A DNA stretch of 63,677 bases, counting the filler, from Stramenopiles sp. TOSAG23-3 (Eukaryota): NCBI GenBank assembly GCA_900128585.1. It is 21 parts of 21 records of this genome, joined end to end, with 100 filler letters (N's around TTAATTAATTAA, not from the genome) between each part and the next. Parts side by side here need not be neighbours in the genome. Positions count along the whole stretch, not along the records: positions 1 to 2,957 come from LT644500.1; positions 3,058 to 6,011 come from LT644501.1; positions 6,112 to 9,064 come from LT644502.1; positions 9,165 to 12,113 come from LT644503.1; 17 more parts are not named here. One strand, written 5' to 3'. The notes under the pieces were generated by a model. The model did no database searches. It worked only from the letters and a program-made list of their open reading frames with translations, and was not told the DNA's origin. This document shows, piece after piece, positions 1-10,740 of this stretch (position 1 is its first letter; each line of letters begins with the position of its first letter). Made by a program: the position numbers and the translations under genes.

Positions 1-193
1 ATTATTATTATATTTTTTTATTATAACTAACAGCGAATGAATCCTTGTTCTACAAAAGTTCATTAGATGTTTATTTATAGACAAACATAAAATTAAAGAA
101 GAGGGACAAACACAATTGATGTGTATTACCTATTTAATTGTTCTCGGTCTAAAAAATCAGGAAATAGTGTGCAGTAATAGTTTGTGTCTGATT

Positions 194-895
194 ATGAGCA
201 ACATTGCTATCCCTTCTGCTGGTGGTAGTGGGTCCAATCCGCAACGGAAGAGGAAACGATCTATTCCGTGGACTCGGGGAGAGCTTCTTCAGCTTTCTGA
301 ACTAGCTGATATTTATAAAGATAATTGGAATGAAATTTTTCGATTAGGCACTTTCCAGGAGGGACGTACCGAGGCGGAGATTAGGCAGCGATGTGCAAAG
401 CTGAAGCGTATTCAAACCCCAAATATGAAGAGCAAATATAGTAAGGAGAGGAGAGAACATTTAGTTGAGCTGGAGAAGCGGGTCCAATATCTTGAAGAAA
501 AGTTGGCCCCCCTAGAGCGAAAGGCTGCAATTCTGGAAGAAATAAAAGACAAGGTAAGAACGATATCAAAGCAATTGGAAGGGGGCGCTTTAAGCAAATA
601 TTTAATTTCAGGACGCGATGGTAGTCACGGAGAATTAAAGTCCCGTACCATATTCCACACGTTGGTCGCAATATGCCCCAGCAATCAGTTGGACATCAGA
701 TCTTTGAGCGAGGAGTTTGGTATTCCCAGCAAATACCTGGAAACCGGCGGTAAAAGATCTAACCCGTTCTGCAAGTTGCGCAAGGAGGAAGAGGACATTC
801 TTAAGGCTGGAAAAGAAATTGAAAACGAGGGGACAAAACACACTCTTTCTGCGAAAAACGCTGCACCGGAGCCCAAAACAAAGGCTGTTATTTAA
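194..895 (+). CDS. Myb/SANT-like DNA-binding domain protein with coiled coil
   Basis: WTRGELLQL...YKDNWNEI...GRTEAEIRQR fits the Myb repeat pattern; basic NLS-like RKRKR precedes it; likely start ATG at 194. Confidence 0.65.
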   Translation: MSNIAIPSAGGSGSNPQRKRKRSIPWTRGELLQLSELADIYKDNWNEIFRLGTFQEGRTEAEIRQRCAKLKRIQTPNMKSKYSKERREHLVELEKRVQYLEEKLAPLERKAAILEEIKDKVRTISKQLEGGALSKYLISGRDGSHGELKSRTIFHTLVAICPSNQLDIRSLSEEFGIPSKYLETGGKRSNPFCKLRKEEEDILKAGKEIENEGTKHTLSAKNAAPEPKTKAVI

Positions 896-1244
896 GTATT
901 TAAAATTTATGTCCAGTAGAGTTTTTACTTCCTTCATGTGCGGCGAATTTAATTTGATACACTCTATACTCTTTTTACTAACAAACAAAAAATTGGCTTT
1001 TATTTAAAAGTACTTATACTATAAAGTACTATATATTTTGTTTTTTAAAGTACTTTGTACGAAGTAAATTAAAATTTATTTTTCTCATGTACCGCGAAAA
1101 TAAATCTGCTCCTTTTGTCCATTAAAGGTTTGCGTTCCTGTATATTGAATTATTTTTCAAGGGTATACTGATTAGTCTAGTAAAACAAGAGCAGAGATAA
1201 GTTCGCAGCACATGAAGGAATGTAAACCTTGAATGTCTAAAGTT

Positions 1245-1301
1245 AGAGTTCAGTTCGCAATACATTAATTTTAATTACTTAAATAACAGCCAATTTTCTT
1301 G
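1245..1301 (-). repeat. Copy of dispersed 3'-associated element
   Basis: agagttcagttcgcaatacattaattttaattacttaaataacagccaattttcttg closely matches the copies at 21590, 31679 (inverted) and 54264. Confidence 0.85.
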
Positions 1302-1531
1302 CTTATTAAAAAATTAAAATCTCAGGAGCAGATATAAGTTGGCAGTATATGAAGAAGATAAATTTTAACTTATAAAGGGCCAATTTTTTGTTTTTAAATT
1401 TAAAGATTCTTACGATTTACTTTTATTCCGCGTTTAAAATTCTCTCTCCGATTCCATACAAATATTTTCGCCTATTTAGGTAACCCATATCTTCAGCCGC
1501 AAACACGGGAAGTGGGGCGGGCGTTTCTTTT

Positions 1532-2329
1532 TTATAAAACTTCCAATTCAACGATCCGGGCGCTCTGCCACATGTTGTCCACACTACCGTCAATGACATG
1601 ATTGTTGATCACTCTCATACCAGATTTCTGAAGCACTTCGTCCAGTTGACTTTCAAAAAACAACTGTCCAAAATCGATAGTAGTCACGTACTTGAGGAGA
1701 GGCTTAACGATTCCAGCCCCCGGGAGTCCTTTTCGTTGAAATGTTTGGGTAATAAAAATTCGCCCACCACTTTTTACGTACTTTGCGAGGACGAGGAGTG
1801 CCTCCAAAGGGTCAGGCATCAACGAAAAGGAGCCGCTGAAGTAACCCGCATCGAATTTTCCATGCTTGCCGACGATGCCTTCCACGGGCGTCGCGCTGTA
1901 AATCGAACAGCAGTGCACCTGGACTTTCCCTGAAATGTTTTCAGCCTCCAGCGATTTTTGCGCAGCCTTAACGTACGTCGCATCATAGTCGACTCCAACA
2001 ACCTCAACGTTCAATTTTTCCAAATACTCCTTTTGGGTTATCAGCGCTGTCGCCGTTCCGATTCCGACATCCAGAACACGGAAGGGCGGGTTGTCTTTGC
2101 TTTTCCTCATCTTGAGAAAATTTTTATTTTTTGCAACCTTTTCGAAAAAGGCCATGTACCACTTCGAAGTCATATGGATGATAATTACGTCATAAATCTG
2201 AGGAGAAAATGTTCTCAGCAGAAACAAAAACAGCAGCAACGACGCTGCTGCGTACATAAACATAGCTGGACTAGTACCAATACTACCACTACTCGATGAA
2301 GTTGTTATCTTTCCTTTACGCGAACGCAA
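1532..2329 (-). CDS. Class I SAM-dependent methyltransferase with N-terminal hydrophobic anchor
   Basis: Motif I VLDVGIGTA, post-I VVGVDYD, FDAGYFSGSF; start uncertain (TTG at 2329 or a downstream ATG). Confidence 0.85.
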   Translation of the reverse strand: MRSRKGKITTSSSSGSIGTSPAMFMYAAASLLLFLFLLRTFSPQIYDVIIIHMTSKWYMAFFEKVAKNKNFLKMRKSKDNPPFRVLDVGIGTATALITQKEYLEKLNVEVVGVDYDATYVKAAQKSLEAENISGKVQVHCCSIYSATPVEGIVGKHGKFDAGYFSGSFSLMPDPLEALLVLAKYVKSGGRIFITQTFQRKGLPGAGIVKPLLKYVTTIDFGQLFFESQLDEVLQKSGMRVINNHVIDGSVDNMWQSARIVELEVL

Positions 2330-2957
2330 ATTGCACCAGCAAAAAAGAGACCGACAACTCTTAACTTTAGTGTATTTAAATACTCCTAGGAAATCACTGT
2401 CAATAAGTCCAAAAGAATCTTGGAGATATTCAATCTTATTAATTCAAATTATGATTTAAAAATATGAAGTCTCTCCTGTAGTATAATAAGAATTTCAACA
2501 CTGAACATAACAACAAACGCGCCCATCCATCCATCATCGTCCATCACCATCCATCTTCTCAATTCGCCGTCGTCCTTCTTCCTCCTCTTGGATCTTGGAG
2601 TCCTTGGAGTCCTCCTCCCTATTATTATATAATATTGTTGGTATAATAAATATTATACTATTAGAGTACATTATATTGGCTTTTATTTTGAAACACTTTT
2701 CATCATCACCCTCTACCCTCTTTGATCGATCAGCAGACAGCAGACAGCAGAGAAGAAAAAAAAAGAAGAAGAAGAGAAGAAGGAAAACATTTTCTTTTTT
2801 TATTAGTAAAATGTATTTATAGGCCAATATTATTTTATTATTATAAAAAACAAATTATTTATAGTGTTACTATGCTAATACTACGGTACTGAAAAAGACT
2901 CATTAATAATTATAGCTAAGCTAATAATAAAATTGTTGACTAAAATATACAGACGTT

Positions 2958-3057
2958 NNNNNNNNNNNNNNNNNNNNNNNNNNNNNNNNNNNNNNNNNNN
3001 NTTAATTAATTAANNNNNNNNNNNNNNNNNNNNNNNNNNNNNNNNNNNNNNNNNNNN
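2958..3057. other. Artificial contig-joining linker (first of 20; others start at 6012, 9065, 12114, 15157, 18197, 21237, 24277, 27313, 30347, 33381, 36413, 39445, 42477, 45509, 48541, 51572, 54600, 57627, 60654)
   Basis: Identical N44-TTAATTAATTAA-N44 blocks with stops in all six frames; intervening contig lengths fall steadily from 2957 to 2924 bp. Confidence 0.98.
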
Positions 3058-3751
3058 CCACGCTGCTTCTTGCAGGGGACGACTTGGGGCGAAAATTTTC
3101 ATTGTCGACAATCTTTCTTTCCATCAGCATAATTACCTCTTGCTTACTCTGTTCCAGCATCTTTTGACTGGCTTTCAAATGCCCATCCATTTGGTCGAAC
3201 TGTTTCTTCGCAGCTGCTTCAGATGCCACAAGCTGCGCCTCTTTGACCTTCCACGTTTGCTGGGCACTCCTCATTTCACGGATGCTGCGCAAGGCGTCCC
3301 GCAGTTTTTCCGCGTTTTGTATCACGTTCGACTTGCTCGACATTCTAAGCGTCATGACTTCCTCCTCTAAGGATTTCTTTTCTTCTAGCCATTCCGCTTC
3401 TCGCTCTTTCGCCTCTGCGATAAGCTCCATGTTCCTCTCCTCCGTCTTTTCCACACGCTTCAGAGCAGCCTCCGCGCGGTCGTTAGCCTGTTTCAGTTTC
3501 AACCGGAGCTGTTGCATACCTCCTAGTCTCTCCTCGTCTGCAAGCGATAGCCTTGAACGTTTCTTCGACGGACGGTCTTCCGCCTCAAAAAAATCATCGA
3601 CCTCATTCAGAATTTGTTCCAATAAATCTTCTCCGCCCCCCGGTTTCGCACCACTGCCGTCCAACCTGGCTTGTGACTCTGCCGATTCTTCCGTTTGCAC
3701 TAGATTGACGGACGGGTCGTCGTCCCCGAGAATTGTGAACCCTAAGGACAT
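3058..3751 (-). CDS. Coiled-coil protein, 3' partial
   Basis: ORF from ATG 3751 (MSLGFTIL) runs off the contig; E/K/A/L-rich heptads. Confidence 0.7.
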
Positions 3752-4158
3752 GTGTGGCAGAGGAGTTGGTGGTGGACTAACGAAACGCGACAGGTACGAA
3801 ATATGCGTCTGTCTCAACAAAGCTGCTCAGTATTATTGTTTCTATGAATGTGTTGTTATAAAAATAATTTAATGAGATTCTACAACCACCTATAACTAAC
3901 ACATATAAAATACGTGTTCTAAACAAGCAGTAGTAGTTGTTTTATACTAGTCTACCAACAAAAAAAATACTAATAATATAAATAATAATAATTCAAAAAC
4001 AATATTATTTTTCATATAGACCAACTACTTATTTTACGAGGAGGTAATAATAATAAATAATCGGACAGGATCGGAGGGAGGAGGTGGAGAAAAAATAATG
4101 AAAGAAAAAAAAAACTCAATATTATTTTTTTTTCCTTTTTTTTTTTCTTCTTAGTTTG

Positions 4159-4435
4159 GATGCTATTACCTGTTGATTGTTTGAGATTTTATTTTCGAAC
4201 AGATTTTCCTATATAATATATGCTTATTTACGTACTTGTAAATCTATCTACACTACGTATATATCAAAGTGTTTCAAGTAAAAACGTCACTTTCGTTTAT
4301 ATCTTAAGAAATAATACAAGTACATATTAACTATATAACGGTTTTCTCAAAATTATTGATTATTGAATTGAATAATATTCGATAGGAAAATCTGTTCGAA
4401 AATAAAATCTCAAAAATTCAACAGGTAATAGCATC
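4159..4435. repeat. Inverted repeat, arms 4159-4212 and 4382-4435 (52/54 identical), with degenerate outer extensions
   Basis: gatgctattacctgttga...cgaacagattttcctat versus its reverse complement. Confidence 0.9.
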
Positions 4436-5003
4436 ATTCAAACTAGTCTAAGAAAAAAAGAAGAAAAAAAACAAAAAATAATTAATAATAGTTATTTATT
4501 ATTATACCCTTGGTATTATTGAGTTTTTTCTCTTTCTTCATTTTTTTTTTCCTTCAAAAAAAAAAGATCTTTTTTCTTCTCCACCACACCACCACCTCCC
4601 TCCCTCCTCCCTCCTGCTCCTCCGTCGTCGTCCGATTTAAAAAAATAAATAATGACTTCTTCTTCTTCTTTCTTTCTTCTTCTTTTTTTCTTCTTCTCTT
4701 ATATATACTCATCACTCTACTCTTGGATTATTATACAGGTTTTCAGAGAAGATATGGTCGACTATACAGTCATAATTTGTAATATATAAATAACTTTAAA
4801 TAATAGTATATAAAAACAGCACATATTGGCTGGATTGAATGGTTTTATTGTGTTGTTAATAGGAGTATAGTTAATTGGTATAGCACTGCCAAAAGTTGAA
4901 ACCAGTATCCTGTTCTTGAAATCAAAGCCCAGGTGGGGTCCTGGGAACGAACGTATACAGTACCGGCGATACTGGTAGGACGCGCGGCGCGTGATAAGTG
5001 GCT

Positions 5004-6011
5004 ATGGCCAGTCACTGGCTGAACTTGGGTAGTAACTTGTATTTATCCCTTGTGGTTGCCCAGGGATGTGTTCTGCTAACGGTGTTTTTTTATTTTAAAC
5101 GGTTGCACTCGAGAACTGTGGAGGATGCTCGGGCAAAGGGGAAAATAGAAGCTGAAACAAAAGTTAATCAAGTGATACACGAGCTGGAAAAGTACAAGTT
5201 CAACTTGGCAACGAAGCAAAAGCAAGAAATTAACAAGGCGGTGGAGTCCGGAACGTTGGCGCTTCAGACTCGAGTATCCATGCTTGAGCGTAAGTTGCTC
5301 AAGTATAGGTCAAAACACAGCCATGGGAAATCAAAAGCGCGCCAACTCATGCGTGTGTACGAGCAGCGCCAACGTCGACTTTCGTCGCTTGTTGCAATTC
5401 AGGATTTGGACGCCGAGGAAGCAGCGAAGACCGGGGTGGGAGGCGGGCCAGTGCTGGAGCGTGATGGCAAGAAATCCGACCGCGATGCCGAAAGCGATAC
5501 CAGTGGTAACGTTGGGAGCGACTTCGACGCCACGATCCAAGCGGAACTGAAGCGGTGTGAAGATGTAGAGCGATTGCTAATGAATGACATCGAAGCACCG
5601 AGCGGCAGTGGTGCGCGTGGGGAAGGGCAGAAGGTGAGTGTTCGGGCACCCCCTCCCCATGTCAGAATAAAGGTACCCAGGCGAAAACTGGAAGAACCTT
5701 TCACAAAAATATATGGGGCTGGAAGGCTCCCGATGACTTCGGAAATCTCTGCCACTCCCAAATGGGTTAAATTCGGGCAACTAAGGGAGAAAGACGTTGT
5801 CCAAATAGCCTGTAGTATAGACGGGGAAAACATCCTATGCCTTTCTAGCGAGGAGGAGCTGTATTGGTGGGCGGGGGAAGACAATGCCGAAACGATGTTT
5901 GAAGCACACAAAGAGAACCAAAAGACCTCCCCAAAAGCGCCATGGGCTCCTGCAAGAAGCGCTGTCAGCATCAAATGCCCAGTTGCAGTCGGTCATGAAA
6001 GAGATGTCGGC
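5004..6011 (+). CDS. Single-TM coiled-coil protein with start of RCC1-like repeats, 3' partial
   Basis: Hydrophobic helix LYLSLVVAQGCVLLTVFFYF; KDVVQIAC...ILCLSSEEELYWW resembles an RCC1 blade. Confidence 0.6.
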
Positions 6012-6111
6012 NNNNNNNNNNNNNNNNNNNNNNNNNNNNNNNNNNNNNNNNNNNNTTAATTAATTAANNNNNNNNNNNNNNNNNNNNNNNNNNNNNNNNN
6101 NNNNNNNNNNN

Positions 6112-6159
<48 letters not shown>

Positions 6160-6190
6160 AGAGAAAGAAAGAAAGAAAGAAAGAAAGAAG
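6112..6190. repeat. (AAAG)n microsatellite at contig edge
   Basis: Direct reading of the sequence. Confidence 0.95.
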
Positions 6191-6599
6191 ATAGTCTATA
6201 TGATCATTATGATGATGATGAATGATATAAAATAATAAAAAATAATATTTTATGTTGTGTTTGTTTGAGATTTACAATTATAAAATATTTATGTTTTTTT
6301 TATTATAATATTTATTATTATTACACTGTAGTATTTATTAGGAATTGAATTTCTTCTTCTAAATTTTTTAATCTTTGTTCTAATTTTAATTTTAATTCTC
6401 ATTCTAATATTTCTAATTCTCATTATTTCATGGCTTATTTATTTTACATTTTTTGCTCGTTGTTTTCCGTTTATCCGTTTTTATTTTTGTTTTTTTGAAA
6501 CTGCTACACGGTCCATAAAATATATTTTTTTACAGTGCGTGTAGTACGTTTGGCACGAGCGAGACGGAGAGAGACGTGTAGAGAGAGGCGCACACACTC

Positions 6600-9044
6600 A
6601 TGTCGCACCCCCTTTACGAAGATATCAACGCGATAGCGAAAGGTACATTTGGGGACTGTACCCTTGTGCGTCGGCGGCGGGATGGGAAATCGTTTGTTAA
6701 GAAAAACATTGAGTTGGCGAAATTGAAGCACCCCGTGTCCAAGGCGTCGTTGACGGACTTTGGGAACCTGGTCCGCCTGCGACACCCGAACTTGGCGCGC
6801 CTCCGGGAAGCCCTTATTGTCGGGAGCGCACACTCCTCCATGGACGACCAGATGGTCGTCATTCTGGACTTTGTAGAGGGCGGCTTCAACCTGGCGAAAG
6901 CAGTGGAAAAGCGTATTTTAGACGGACGGCCGTTCTCAGAGATGGAGACGACACGGGTATTTTTGCAAATAGTACTGGCCTTGAAAGCCCTCCACGATTC
7001 GGGCGTTTGCCACGGCAACCTGAAGCCCGAGAACGTCTTTTTGGAAGGCCCGGCCTTTCCAGCGAATGGGCGGACACTGGTCAAAGTCTGCGACTTCGGC
7101 CTCTGCTCCTTCTTTGGGACGGCCGGGACGCCGCGGAGCCTGCCCTACTACACCGCGCCCGAGCAGACGAAAGAGGGCGCCACCGATGAGATCATTTTCT
7201 ACCAGTTTGCAACGTCGGCGGACGTGTGGAGCCTGGGCTGCATCGTGTTCGAAATGATCATGCTCCGCAAGCCTTTCTTGGCACCCACCCACTACGCTCT
7301 GCAGCTGAAAAAGCAAGAGTCCGCCACCAAGATCGCTGCGGAAAAAGGCCGTTCCCCCGCGAAAAAGCTCTCCCCCCTCATCAGCCACAACTTCCAAGAT
7401 CTCGTCTCTCAAATGCTCGACGTGGACCCGTCCCGGCGTCCGTCCGTCAATAGCATATTGCTCCTGCCGTTTTTGCAACCGCACCTGGAGGACTTGATTT
7501 CGTCCAACGCGTCGGTAAGCAGCAGGATGCTCGAGGCGTCCCCCGAAGTCTCCCGTGCGAGCGGTGCGGGCAATGGCGTGCCTTTGAACGCCAAGCGATT
7601 TTCGCCGAACATAACGTTCGTCGGCAAGCCCAAGCCCTCGGTCAACGGGAGAAAGCCGTCTTCGCCGCCTGACCTCAGGACGGGAGACACGTTTCCAGGC
7701 GTATCGGACGAGTCCATCAGGCTAGCCCTGGAGAGCGAGCAGGAAGCGTTTCAGAGCAAACAGAAAATAATACGATCGCCAAGGGTGAGCAATTCGCCCC
7801 CGCCTCGGTCGATCAAAACCGAGTTTTCCGGCGCGCTGTCCCCCAACTCCCCCCTTTCCCCTACCCAAATTACTGCCGCGAACTCGGCCCGGCGGAGGGC
7901 GAAAGAACGAGAAGTCTCGCCGCCGTCGGTCTTCAATGCTGGGGGGCAGAACTACCGGGAGAGGGTCAGGAACGAAAAGCGAGACAAGCAGGCCCAGCAC
8001 GAGGCGGCGTTGGCCAAGGCAAGGATCGCCGCCTTTGAAGAGAGGAAACGGCTGGCGGCCAAAATGAGACAAGTCGGGGGACGCCCGGTCCGAGCTGGGG
8101 ACGTGGGCACTGGCACCCCCCAGGCACTCCCAGCAGCTGCCAGGCAGTCCCCAGGGTTTTCTAGCGCACCTGGTAGGAATCCCCGGCAGCGGCGGGAAAC
8201 GGAGAAAGAGCGAAAGGAGCGAGAGTACAAAGAGGCCCTTGCCAAGGCCAGAAAAGAAGCCTTTGAGGAGCGGAAGGCGTTGCAGGAAAAGATGCAGACG
8301 GTCGGCGGGCGCCCCGCCCGCGTGTCGTCCAGGGGTGCTCACTCGTCGTCGCCCCCCGAGAGCCACGGCGACACGAACGTAGCCCCGGCCGTGGGCCAGC
8401 GCTCCAGCAGGGATGGCCGGACGTCAAGGAAAGCAAAAGAGGAAGAGGATTACATGAAGGCCTTGGCGAAGGCAAGGAAAGAGGCGTACGATGAGCGCAT
8501 GGCGCTCCAAAGGCGCATGTCGAACGTGGGTGGGCGTCCCGCTCTCCGAGAAACGGCCGCCAGCACCGCGTTTTCGTCCGCCCAAGAGGGAAAGGAGGGC
8601 AACGCCAGCAACGCGCGGGCGCTTCAAAGAAGTGCAAGCCAAGACTATAGACTCCCCAACTCCCCCGCCCGGAACGCAAAAGCGAGGGCCCAACAGCGGA
8701 AGGATGCAGAGAGGGAGGCGCGGCTTGAAGAGCTCACGCGCGCGAGAAAGGAAGCGTTCCAAGAGCGAATGAATTTGCAGAGACGGATGAGCGATTACGG
8801 GAGCAGGCCCCAGCCGATGGAGCAAAATTGGTCCGGGGGAAGCGCCCACCAACAAAACAGCGCGACGCCTTTTGCAATCGACGAATCCGTCGAGAAGATT
8901 ACTGCTGCCGAGGCGGCATCGCGCAGAAGAGTCAGCATGAAGACAAAGCAGGCACAAGAGGAAGAGTACAAAGCAGCCTTGGAGGCTGCAAGACGAACGG
9001 CCTTTGCTGAACGACAACGGTTGAAACAAAAGTACGGTAGATAA
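6600..9044 (+). CDS. NIMA-related (NEK1-like) kinase or pseudokinase with five C-terminal helical repeats
   Basis: KGTFG loop, DFG, YTAPE, SADVWSLGC, RRPSVNSIL; catalytic loop reads HGNLKPEN. Confidence 0.85.
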   Translation: MSHPLYEDINAIAKGTFGDCTLVRRRRDGKSFVKKNIELAKLKHPVSKASLTDFGNLVRLRHPNLARLREALIVGSAHSSMDDQMVVILDFVEGGFNLAKAVEKRILDGRPFSEMETTRVFLQIVLALKALHDSGVCHGNLKPENVFLEGPAFPANGRTLVKVCDFGLCSFFGTAGTPRSLPYYTAPEQTKEGATDEIIFYQFATSADVWSLGCIVFEMIMLRKPFLAPTHYALQLKKQESATKIAAEKGRSPAKKLSPLISHNFQDLVSQMLDVDPSRRPSVNSILLLPFLQPHLEDLISSNASVSSRMLEASPEVSRASGAGNGVPLNAKRFSPNITFVGKPKPSVNGRKPSSPPDLRTGDTFPGVSDESIRLALESEQEAFQSKQKIIRSPRVSNSPPPRSIKTEFSGALSPNSPLSPTQITAANSARRRAKEREVSPPSVFNAGGQNYRERVRNEKRDKQAQHEAALAKARIAAFEERKRLAAKMRQVGGRPVRAGDVGTGTPQALPAAARQSPGFSSAPGRNPRQRRETEKERKEREYKEALAKARKEAFEERKALQEKMQTVGGRPARVSSRGAHSSSPPESHGDTNVAPAVGQRSSRDGRTSRKAKEEEDYMKALAKARKEAYDERMALQRRMSNVGGRPALRETAASTAFSSAQEGKEGNASNARALQRSASQDYRLPNSPARNAKARAQQRKDAEREARLEELTRARKEAFQERMNLQRRMSDYGSRPQPMEQNWSGGSAHQQNSATPFAIDESVEKITAAEAASRRRVSMKTKQAQEEEYKAALEAARRTAFAERQRLKQKYGR

Positions 9045-9360
9045 ATTATTTACATGAAACGTTANNNNNNNNNNNNNNNNNNNNNNNNNNNNNNNNNNNN
9101 NNNNNNNNTTAATTAATTAANNNNNNNNNNNNNNNNNNNNNNNNNNNNNNNNNNNNNNNNNNNNACCTTGGTATTACGATTGGGCAATGATGAATGTAAC
9201 GGAAAATTGTATTACAATCAAAAGATCCATCCATTGAATACGATAAATAAATACGACAACAACCAAAAGGAAAGGAAACCATCGATTCATTCATCAAACG
9301 AACAATTTTGAGGACTGCGTTCACTGTCAACGACACCCACGAAAGAAAAGGTAACCACCA

Positions 9361-9915
9361 ATGAACATTTCTGGCCTGAACATTAACGGCGGAGCAGTCG
9401 CCAGGCCTGCCCAGCCCCGGCGCCAAGTGCGTCAACAAACGTACGAAAGCAAGTGCGGTGATAGCGAGGGAAAAGAGAGGACGTCCAGCCTTAACAATAA
9501 GGCAGCTTTGCAAAGAAAGAACGACGGTGTCGACGAAAGTAGGTACATGCTGGCCAAGAACGCCGCCACTTGCGACCACGATACCCGCAGGTTTGGATAC
9601 AGGCAACAGCTCGAAAGCGAAAAGGAAAATGCTAGGGAGGCCTGCGGTGTTTCCAGGGCAAAGTACTGGAGCGTTGACGTCGAGAACATGTTTCGAATTC
9701 AATCCGGGGGCTGGAGAGATCTCTACGAGTACATTGCTGCGCATGGGCAGCCAGAAATTTGGCTCACGAACGGTCTAGTCTCGAAGGTTTACGTGAAGAA
9801 AACAGGGTTCATAACGTACTGGAGCGAGTCCAGAGAGTGCCCGGACAACAAATTGCATCTGGTAAAAATCTTCAAGTACAAAGATGCCAAAACAGGGCGT
9901 GCCTCGAAAAAGTAA
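9361..9915 (+). CDS. MEIG1: MEIG1-like (meiosis-expressed, flagellum-associated) protein
   Basis: WSVDVENMFRIQSGGWRD...RECPDNKLHLVKIFKY matches the MEIG1 family pattern (WS.E.ENLYRFQ.AGYRD...REC.DKE.HKVKIY.Y). Confidence 0.8.
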   Translation: MNISGLNINGGAVARPAQPRRQVRQQTYESKCGDSEGKERTSSLNNKAALQRKNDGVDESRYMLAKNAATCDHDTRRFGYRQQLESEKENAREACGVSRAKYWSVDVENMFRIQSGGWRDLYEYIAAHGQPEIWLTNGLVSKVYVKKTGFITYWSESRECPDNKLHLVKIFKYKDAKTGRASKK

Positions 9916-10273
9916 TCTGCTACGATCGGAAAACAAACAAATAGCTAGGAAGACGTAGGATGCGGCAAAACACTGTGCAAATTAAAGACATTTTTTTTCC
10001 AGAAACGAAAACTTTGGCAGTTTTCAATTGACAGAGGGAGAGGGAGTCTTTTCCAAAATTTTATTTTTATATTATTTACGTTCGTTCTTTAAAAAAAACA
10101 TGTACACCCCTTTAAAAAAAAATCGTGTCATTTTTACTGGAAAACAATCTGGGATTTCGAAGAATCAATAACTTTTGTTAAAGTGAGCGTCTTAAAGCGC
10201 ATACTATATATAACATTTTTTTTATATCTCTCTAGAGAGTATGGTTGTTCGTGTAATTATTCAATGATATGTT

Positions 10274-10291
10274 ACAGCCAATTTTCTTGTT
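10274..10291 (-). repeat. Core of dispersed 3'-associated element
   Basis: acagccaattttcttgtt. Confidence 0.7.
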
Positions 10292-10740
10292 CCTTATTAT
10301 TATTCAATGACTGACGACTAGAATGAGATCAAAAATTAAAAAATATATAATTTCCTCTAGATTTAAAATGTAAATCTCTCTCTTTATAAAACTGTTTAAT
10401 CAAAAATATTAAAGAATTCTTTACTTGGAAACATTATTTTCTCTCAATTGAAGACACCCACAGACACGGGACGTGAATTTGATAAAGAAACCTGGGACGC
10501 AATTGTTTGTATATTTATTTATTATTGTACGAACTGAAACCAACAAGCACGGGGGTATACTTTCGAGTTCGCAGCAGAGAGAGGGACCGCACCACGAGGC
10601 AGCAGACACCAGACCATGATTACACGTACAACATTTGGTACTGTTAAGAAAATTGTGCTGCTGGTTGATTTGCTGGTGAAGTAAACGCAACACGCGCGGC
10701 ACACACACCACCCTGACTCTCTCCCGCTCCGTCTCTCTCT

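Noticed and set aside
2534-2827. Short F/L/K/R-rich ORFs in spacers (also 4510, 14115, 36457, 36874, 54648, 57482)
   Set aside because: Translations of microsatellite and homopolymer tracts
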